Shown: piece by piece, positions 7,698 through 13,465 of the stretch
Numbering within the stretch: position 1 is the stretch's first letter
Layout: every line of letters begins with the position of its first letter
Source of the DNA: Desulfosarcina ovata subsp. ovata
GTDB lineage: Bacteria; Desulfobacterota; Desulfobacteria; Desulfobacterales; Desulfosarcinaceae
Direction: 5' to 3'
DNA: 32,000 nucleotides
Assembly (NCBI RefSeq): GCF_009689005.1
Contig: NZ_AP021879.1
Span: 5,209,724 to 5,241,723 of the forward strand
The notes under the pieces: generated by a model
The model's input: only the letters and a program-made list of their open reading frames with translations
The model's database searches: none
Told to the model about the DNA's origin: nothing
Position numbers and translations under genes: made by a program

Positions 7698-7718
7698 GAT
7701 AATTAGAGACGTCCCCAA
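7698..7718. repeat. REP-like unit at the 5' flank of RAYT copy 2
   Basis: AGATAATTAGAGACGTCCCCA is identical to 3838..3858 as far as the duplication boundary. Confidence 0.7.
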
Positions 7719-7726
7719 CTGCCCCC

Positions 7727-7818
7727 CGACAACCTGCTTTTTGTGAGGCTGCCGGATTTACGAAAGCGTAATTAAACGCTTGCAAATAATACAAAGTTGG
7801 CAAACGCACCGTTGTTTG
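7727..7818 (-). other. Weak attC-like candidate abutting the REP unit
   Basis: The minus strand reads AAACAAC ggtgcgtttgcc ... AAGCGT ttaatt ACGCTT ... cagGTTGTCG. The termini fit the AAC...GTT pattern of the better sites, but stem complementarity is poor. Confidence 0.2.
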
Positions 7819-7919
7819 GTGGTACTTGCGACACAGCCACTTAAAACAAAGCAACGCCTTGAAAAACAGTAACATAAAGCGAAACGGGAGGCAGCCTATG
7901 GCGAAAAATAATTAAAATG

Positions 7920-7981
7920 AAACAACGACTGCCAAAGCGTAAAGCGCTGTTTGCTGCATTCTGCAACAATGTTTGTTGATG
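7920..7981 (-). other. attC-like candidate
   Basis: The minus strand reads CATCAAC AAAcattgttgcagaatGCAGCAAACAGCGctttaCGCTTTGGCAGTC GTTGTTT. It is 62 nt, with the same AACAA...CGTTGT termini as the 4033 and 8191 sites. The stem is imperfect. Confidence 0.3.
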
Positions 7982-8190
7982 CAATGCTGATTTTACCAAA
8001 AAAACCACAAAAAACAAGGCGAGATGTTGCCGAATGCTGAAACAGTGAAACTTTTAAAATGCTTGCCGAAGCTGACGCTCAAAAAAGCAGCAGAAAACGC
8101 CGGCAAAAGCGATAACAGGCAAATATTTGCAACGCTGTTAGAAAAATAAGCGGTGGAAAACACACCCCAAAATTAAGCATGCGAGAAGGT

Positions 8191-8255
8191 TTACAACGCC
8201 CGGCTCTGGGGCTGCATGGAGCGCAGCGTAATGCAGTCCCTAGCAGCCGCTTGTT
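8191..8255 (-). other. attC-like site of the Thoeris-like cassette, larger part (interrupted by the group II intron)
   Basis: The minus strand reads AACAAGCGGCTGCTAGGGACTGCAT tacgctgcgctcc ATGCAGCCCCAGAGCCGGGC GTTGTAA. It is an imperfect palindrome with unpaired bases, as in attC. TTGTT on the plus strand directly precedes the intron 5' end. Confidence 0.5.
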
Positions 8256-10327
8256 GTGTGCCGGGCACGGCACACATCTTAAAAGTGAGCCAAGCATATC
8301 AGTCTGTTGGATCGCTTGGCAAGTCTTAGACCCAGCCCGATGGAGGCGAAGGGTGTAGCGACATGGCAACTGGGTATCCGGCAACGGTGCCTGGGGAGGA
8401 AGCCGCCCTGCTGCGGCAGGGCCGTCGCGAAGGTACGGGGTGACGAACAGAAATCGAGTCAGGCGCGCATCTGTGGGACCAGCCTGCAACACAAGGTTAA
8501 GTCCTCTATCCATCTCAGGCAGTGCTCGTATACTCGGCGCTTACGTACCGAAAGATGTGTGTTTACCCCGGGAGGCCCGCTGCATCTCGGGACTTGTCGT
8601 GTGAAATTGCCGGTAGGGGGGATTCCGGCCACCAAAACCCCCGGCATCGTCGGAAGACCGGCTCCTGACCGGCGATGAGCCAAACTCCGCTATGGAGAGG
8701 GACACGAAACCAAAGGATCCGGCGGCGGCAGATGATCCGAGTGAGCAAACCGCAAGGTGCGCCCACCGTGCAGCGGGAGTCAGCAGAGGGCATAATGTAA
8801 CCGGAGGAAACGAGATGCGCGAGCTACCCGCGGGTCAAGCGTAACAGGAGGCTCACCCCGGTGAAAGGCCCGAACGGTGCCCGGCCCGAATGGTACGGGT
8901 AAATGAAAATGACCATTAGGAGACGTGTACTTATGAACATAAAGCCACAGCAGATGGAAATGTTTGTAGCGTCGCGGCTTGCCGAAAGTCTGGGAGGCAG
9001 AGAGCAGTTGTTGGAGTTGATTCTCGAACGACGTAATGTGCTCAGAGCAATGAACCAGGTCGTTGCCAATAAAGGCGCCCCGGGTGTGGACGGCATGAAA
9101 ACCAACCACTTGAAAGGGTACCTGAAAAGGCACTGGCCGAAGATCAAGCAGGACCTGCTAAATGGGGATTATCGTCCCTTACCGGTCAGAAGGAAGGAGA
9201 TCGACAAACCGGATGGCGGTGTCCGCCTGCTTGGTATCCCCACGGTATTGGACCGCCTTATCCAACAGACGATAGCTCAGGTATTGGAGCAGATCTGGGA
9301 CCCGACCTTTTCTGAGTACAGCTACGGATTCAGACCAGGACGATCAGCCCATGACGCTGTCCTACAAGCCAAAGGCTATCTGCTGGACGGGTACACCCAC
9401 GTGGTTGACATGGATTTGTCCAAGTTTTTTGACCGAGTTAACCACGACCGGCTTTTAAGCCGGCTGGCCACCAGGGTCCGGGACAAACGGGTCTTGAAAT
9501 TGATCCGCCGGTACCTTACGGCCGGAACGATGATCGGGGGGCTTGTCAGTCCCAGCATAGAAGGAACGCCCCAGGGTGGTCCTCTGTCGCCGTTGCTCTC
9601 CAACATCGTACTCGATGAACTGGATAAGGAATTGGAGAAGCGGGGTCACCAATTCGTCAGGTATGCTGACGACTTCAGGATCTACTGCAAAAGCCGGAAA
9701 GCCGCCGAGCGTGTGAACAAGAGCATCACGAAGTTCATCACCGCGAAGCTCAAGCTCAAGGTGAACGAGGAGAAAAGCGCAGTGAGCCGACCATGGCTCC
9801 GCAAATTCCTGGGATTTACCTTTATCAGTATGTGTGGACAGACCAAGATCCGGATCCACCGGAAAACAATTTCACGTTTCAAGGAGCGAGTCCGGGAACT
9901 GACGAACCGTAATCAAGGGAGAAGTCTGAGCCAGATTATCAAAGATCTGAATCAGTACCTGATTGGCTGGTGGAACTATTATCGCCTGACAGAAGCCAGG
10001 CACCTGTTCAAGTCACTCAATGGCTGGATCATCCGCCGGCTGCGGTGCGTTGTCTGGAAACAATGGAAAAACCCCAGGACCAAGGTCCGAAACCTCAAAA
10101 AGCTTGGCATTGCGCATAAGGACGCCATGCTTTGCGGTAACGCCCGCAAAAAGTACTGGCGCATGAGCAAGGTCAAGTGGGTGATATTTGCTCTACCAAA
10201 CCGTTACTTCTTCGAACGAGGACTATTCCTGCCTGCTCAATAACCTTCCTGATCAGCCGAACCGCCTTGGTACGCGATCCGTATGCCGGGTGGTGTGGGA
10301 GGGGGTGGCCGCGAGGCTACTCCCTAT
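8256..10327 (+). mobile_element. Group II intron, bacterial class C (IIC, attC-targeting type); 3' end approximate
   Basis: The 5' end is GTGTGCCGGGCACGG. Domain V (10259-10297) reads GAACCGCCTTGGTACGCGATCCGTATGCCGGGTGGTGTG. From memory, both resemble the Oceanobacillus iheyensis IIC intron (GUGUGCCCGGCAUGG...; DV GAACCGCC...GGUGGUGUG with a CGC triad). Domain VI reads GGGAGG...GCUACUCCCUAU with a candidate bulged A. The RT ORF sits where domain IV is expected. Confidence 0.8.
8903..10243 (+). CDS. Group II intron reverse transcriptase/maturase (no endonuclease domain)
   Basis: RT blocks are present, including GVDGM, LGIPTVLDRLIQQ, SYGFRPGRSAHDA and the catalytic RYADDFRIY, followed by a maturase X-like tail (LIGWWNYY). 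Its short length fits En-less class C proteins. An alternative start is ATG 8933, preceded by AGGAG. Confidence 0.9.
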   Translation: MKMTIRRRVLMNIKPQQMEMFVASRLAESLGGREQLLELILERRNVLRAMNQVVANKGAPGVDGMKTNHLKGYLKRHWPKIKQDLLNGDYRPLPVRRKEIDKPDGGVRLLGIPTVLDRLIQQTIAQVLEQIWDPTFSEYSYGFRPGRSAHDAVLQAKGYLLDGYTHVVDMDLSKFFDRVNHDRLLSRLATRVRDKRVLKLIRRYLTAGTMIGGLVSPSIEGTPQGGPLSPLLSNIVLDELDKELEKRGHQFVRYADDFRIYCKSRKAAERVNKSITKFITAKLKLKVNEEKSAVSRPWLRKFLGFTFISMCGQTKIRIHRKTISRFKERVRELTNRNQGRSLSQIIKDLNQYLIGWWNYYRLTEARHLFKSLNGWIIRRLRCVVWKQWKNPRTKVRNLKKLGIAHKDAMLCGNARKKYWRMSKVKWVIFALPNRYFFERGLFLPAQ

Positions 10328-10362
10328 CCCGATAGGTGCAATCAGGCTATTAGTGAAAGGAA
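10328..10362 (-). other. Residual R''-side stub of the split attC, between the thsB-like stop and the intron 3' end
   Basis: 35 nt lie between the inferred intron end (…CTCCCTAT) and the TAA of the TIR-like gene. Joining it to 8255 restores ...GGG|AACAAGC, comparable to GCCC AACAAGA of the higA attC. Confidence 0.35.
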
Positions 10363-10932
10363 TTAACAAGGATAAAAGTACTCATCAGCCTCTTTCTTTG
10401 TATTTACCATAAAACCTTCATTTTCAAGCGCTTTTTTGATTAACGCTTTTTTGTTGGGAATATGGAGCGTTGGAACTGAATCCATTGAATCTCGGAATTT
10501 GGGCAATTTATCCCAAAGGTCTTTTATCTGCTTCTTGATCGTTTTCGATTGACAGTTAATGATGTCTGATTTTTCTTTATACTCTGGGTATACAACTATA
10601 ACCGGCAAGCCCAATGTATTAATGCCGTAGTCAATCTCTTCACGAATTGCCTTAGAGCTCTTCGTTACTGAACTTAAGAACAGTACTATGTTTTTGGATT
10701 TGCTTAGCCGCTCTCTAATTCTTGGCTTTAACGTTTTTTCCCAATCACTGCCATCTCTAACATTATAGTTTTTGTTGTGAGAATCATTAAATGGGAACGC
10801 AGAGTCGCCACCTTTCCAAGCTCTTAACATGCTATAGCTTACGAAGTCTTTCGTTGCATGAGCACCCAAACCTCCTTCAGTAAAAGGTTCGCTGACGTAA
10901 AACGCTGAATAGTTTCCGTTGCGATATGCCAT
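10363..10932 (-). CDS. thsB: TIR-like (DUF1863 / ThsB-type) protein
   Basis: The pattern YSAFYVSEP...YSMLRAWK...FPFNDSH...LKPRIRERLSKSKNIVLFLSSVTKSSKAIREEIDYGI..LGLPVIVVYPEY fits the ThsB / MTH538 TIR-like family layout. A strong AGGAGG SD precedes ATG 10932. The gene is AT-rich. Confidence 0.7.
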   Translation of the reverse strand: MAYRNGNYSAFYVSEPFTEGGLGAHATKDFVSYSMLRAWKGGDSAFPFNDSHNKNYNVRDGSDWEKTLKPRIRERLSKSKNIVLFLSSVTKSSKAIREEIDYGINTLGLPVIVVYPEYKEKSDIINCQSKTIKKQIKDLWDKLPKFRDSMDSVPTLHIPNKKALIKKALENEGFMVNTKKEADEYFYPC

Positions 10933-10974
10933 TTCTCCTCCTAATTCTATAAGTCTTGTTTTTAGCGCTAATAT

Positions 10975-11811
10975 TTAAAGCCCATTGTTGGACGATTTAA
11001 TATCGAGTAAATTAATAGTATCCATTTTATCTGGATGAATAATAATAGTTAGCTTTGCTGGATACTTGAATCGCATCTCACTAATCCTGAATGTCCAAAG
11101 CATGATCTTAAGCAAGTCTTCATCACTGATATTTTTGTGTTCTTTAATCCGCGTTATTCCTGATCCAAAAATCGGTACCGAAACGCTTTTTTGTGCGTAG
11201 ACTCTATTTACCCTGTCCCAGAAGTTAATAAGAAAGCTGAGATATTCCGGCATCGTTAACCGAGCTCGGTTTTTATCATCAAATTTCGAAAAAGCTGTTA
11301 AAAGATACTCACCATATACACAAATGGAGCCAATTTCGAAACGAGTCTTTTTCCCGCTCTTTCTCTCCGGATTTTCGCCAACAACATCTTCATCTTCGAA
11401 AGGATAGTTTTCGATATGACGATCAAGATCAACAACCGAGGTGTCAAGATGGCTATTAATGAATATGCCGTTCAGTGAGTTGCTAGATATAATTTTGTCA
11501 TCCACTTGCGTATCTAAATATTCATTAAATGCTATGACTTTAAAATCAGGTTGCTCAAATATATCCCCTTTTTTTATCGTGACATCACTTCCCTCGATTT
11601 TAGTGTGAATCTGCTGCAAGTTGTTAGATCTGACCCACAGAGCCACATAAACGAATAAAAGTAATATTAGAAATATGCCGCCCACCGCGAGCTTGCACTC
11701 TTTGGGTATCTCAACAAATATAAATGTAAGCGATGCCACTACACTTATTACAGAGACAACTTCAAGAAATTGCCTGAAAATTCTCTTATCCAGAAAATTT
11801 ACCTTTGCCAA
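10975..11811 (-). CDS. thsA: Membrane-anchored Macro-like domain protein (type II ThsA-like effector)
   Basis: Two N-terminal hydrophobic helices (VVSVISVVASLTFIFV; LAVGGIFLILLLFVYVALWV), then macro-like landmarks: KKGDIF, KVIAFNEYLDTQVD, PIFGSGITR. The start is TTG, with AGGGAG upstream. A 42-nt gap separates it from the TIR-like gene. Confidence 0.6.
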   Translation of the reverse strand: MAKVNFLDKRIFRQFLEVVSVISVVASLTFIFVEIPKECKLAVGGIFLILLLFVYVALWVRSNNLQQIHTKIEGSDVTIKKGDIFEQPDFKVIAFNEYLDTQVDDKIISSNSLNGIFINSHLDTSVVDLDRHIENYPFEDEDVVGENPERKSGKKTRFEIGSICVYGEYLLTAFSKFDDKNRARLTMPEYLSFLINFWDRVNRVYAQKSVSVPIFGSGITRIKEHKNISDEDLLKIMLWTFRISEMRFKYPAKLTIIIHPDKMDTINLLDIKSSNNGL

Positions 11812-11867
11812 AGGCTTTCTCCCTTAATCTTGCCAGCCTGATCTTGGCTGATACCATTTATACGCAC

Positions 11868-11874
11868 ACCTAAC
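11868..11874 (-). other. Candidate attI core / cassette junction (GTTAGGT)
   Basis: The minus strand reads GTTAGGT, a perfect fit to the integron core GTTRRRY. It sits between the first cassette ORF and the intI promoter. GTATAAC/GTTATAC repeats at 11894, 11958 and 11978 could be accessory binding sites. Confidence 0.35.
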
Positions 11875-11918
11875 AAGTTATTGTATTGTTTCGGTATAAC
11901 TACGAAAGTTAAAAAAGC

Positions 11919-11946
11919 TTGACATGGATTTCAGTTCAAATATAAT
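11919..11946 (+). promoter_or_regulatory. Consensus sigma70-type promoter upstream of intI
   Basis: TTGACA (11919-11924)-16 nt-TATAAT (11941-11946), about 57 nt upstream of ATG 12003. Confidence 0.45.
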
Positions 11947-12002
11947 CAGTTCTAACTGTATAACTCCAAATATGAATGTTATACGGAAAACTGGGATAAC
12001 CC

Positions 12003-13310
12003 ATGAAAGCTATTCCAAACCACCTACAAGCATCCTATGATGCGTATTTGACCGCAAAAGGCATTCCTAAGCAGCACCATTTCAATTATAGAAAGTGGTT
12101 GCGTTATTATCTGGACTTTTGCTCAAAATATGGACACATTCATTCCAACCCGCAAAGCCTGATTCAATTTGGCAATAAGCTGAAGGAAAAGAAACAGACA
12201 GCCTGGCAAATCAGGCAGGCGTCAGATGCAATTGCAATTTATTACGAAATTCAGGAACAAAAACAGGGGCCTCAATATAAATTTCACCAAGTAAACGAAA
12301 AAACAACCCAATTTACAATAAAAAAAGAAACCCCCAAAGCTCAAAACGCCGATTGGACGAACGTCTTCAAAGGTTTGACATCGGAAATAAAGCTAAGGCA
12401 CTACTCACCAAAAACGTTGGCCTCTTATAGCGGTTGGGCGCGAAAACTGCAAAGCTTTGTGAAGAGCAAAGATCCTAAACTGCTGTCATCCCAGGATGTT
12501 AAAAAATTTTTAACCCATCTGGCAGTGGAACGAAATGTATCCGCGTCCAGCCAAAACCAAGCTTTCAATGCACTTCTGTTTCTTTATCGGCACGTTCTTA
12601 AAACCGAATTCGGTGAATTAAAAAATATTCCCAGGGCCAAACGGAAACCCTATATACCTGCCGTATTATCTCGCGAAGAGGTTGACGCGGTTATTGGAAT
12701 GCTCCATGAACCGTTCGATTTAGTTGCCAAGCTGCTCTATGGATGCGGGCTTCGTTTATCTGAATGCCTGCGGCTACGTGTCCAGGACATCAACTTTGAA
12801 AGTGGCGTTCTGACCATCCACGACGGAAAGGGGAAAAAGGATCGTTCTGTTCCTCTTCCGAAGACGATCATTTCGGAACTAAAAATCCAGCTGGAAAAAA
12901 TCGTCGAGTTACACCAAAAGGACCTGGATATCGGATATGGCGGAACATTTCTTGTGGGAAGACTGGATAAGAAATACAAAAATGCAGCTAAAGAATTGGT
13001 GTGGCAGTGGTTTTTCCCAGCGAAAAACTTGACGCTTGTTCCCGATGAAGGCCAATACAGACGATACCACCTGCACCCTACCCACGTTCAAAAAGCCATA
13101 AGAACCGCCGTAAGAACGGCGAAAATTCCCAAGCGCGCATCGGCACACACGTTTCGTCACAGCTATGCAAGCCATTTGCTATTGGCCAACTATGACATCC
13201 GTACCATTCAGAAACTCCTTGGCCACAGCGATGTGCGCACAACCATGATTTACACCCACACAATAGAAAGCCGTACCATTAAAGACGCCGCCAGTCCGCT
13301 TGATTTTTAA
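12003..13310 (+). CDS. intI: Integron integrase (IntI-type tyrosine recombinase) with ~115-aa N-terminal extension
   Basis: It aligns along its length with IntI1 as remembered. Shared blocks include LYGCGLRLSECLRLRVQDI, HTFRHSYASHLL and LGHSDVRTTMIYTH. The IntI-specific insertion is present: LDKKYKNAAKELVWQWFFPAKNLTLVPDEGQYRRYHLHPTHVQ (IntI1: [41 protein letters not shown]). Confidence 0.9.
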   Translation: MKAIPNHLQASYDAYLTAKGIPKQHHFNYRKWLRYYLDFCSKYGHIHSNPQSLIQFGNKLKEKKQTAWQIRQASDAIAIYYEIQEQKQGPQYKFHQVNEKTTQFTIKKETPKAQNADWTNVFKGLTSEIKLRHYSPKTLASYSGWARKLQSFVKSKDPKLLSSQDVKKFLTHLAVERNVSASSQNQAFNALLFLYRHVLKTEFGELKNIPRAKRKPYIPAVLSREEVDAVIGMLHEPFDLVAKLLYGCGLRLSECLRLRVQDINFESGVLTIHDGKGKKDRSVPLPKTIISELKIQLEKIVELHQKDLDIGYGGTFLVGRLDKKYKNAAKELVWQWFFPAKNLTLVPDEGQYRRYHLHPTHVQKAIRTAVRTAKIPKRASAHTFRHSYASHLLLANYDIRTIQKLLGHSDVRTTMIYTHTIESRTIKDAASPLDF

Positions 13311-13329
13311 CAGCCACACATTGATCAAA

Positions 13330-13445
13330 ATACACGACCGGTTCAAAGTCAAATGGGAGGGTGACCTTGATACATTGAGGCCGGACCAATGAATTTGATC
13401 GACTTATTCGTATGGATCAATTTTTTCAATGGTTTTTCAACTTGA
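13330..13445 (+). pseudogene. vapBC remnant (3' end of vapB, first ~18 codons of vapC, then internal deletion)
   Basis: aaatgggagggtgaccttgatacattgaggccggaccaatga and atgaatttgatcgacttattcgtatggatcaattttttcaatgg parallel 5089..5170 of the intact vapBC. The sequence then jumps to the vapC-downstream sequence. Confidence 0.6.
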
Positions 13446-13465
13446 ATCCACCATCACCCGTAAAA

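Larger units (their letters stand above)
5644..7717. repeat. Segmental duplication, copy 2 (partner 1843..3857)
   Basis: Same content and order as copy 1, plus 59 extra nt of tandem REP units. The offset is 3801 nt before the REP cluster and 3860 nt after it. Confidence 0.9.

Noticed and set aside
8024-8149. 41-codon plus-strand ORF (MLPNAETVKLLK...) and 20-codon ORF at 7918
   Set aside because: They have no SD, lie opposite to the cassette orientation, and there is no supporting similarity that I can recall.
8079-8513. 144-aa minus-strand ORF
   Set aside because: It runs antisense through intron domain I and the attC. Only its last 33 codons (8079..8180) lie in cassette-like DNA; these are mentioned as a weak small-ORF candidate.
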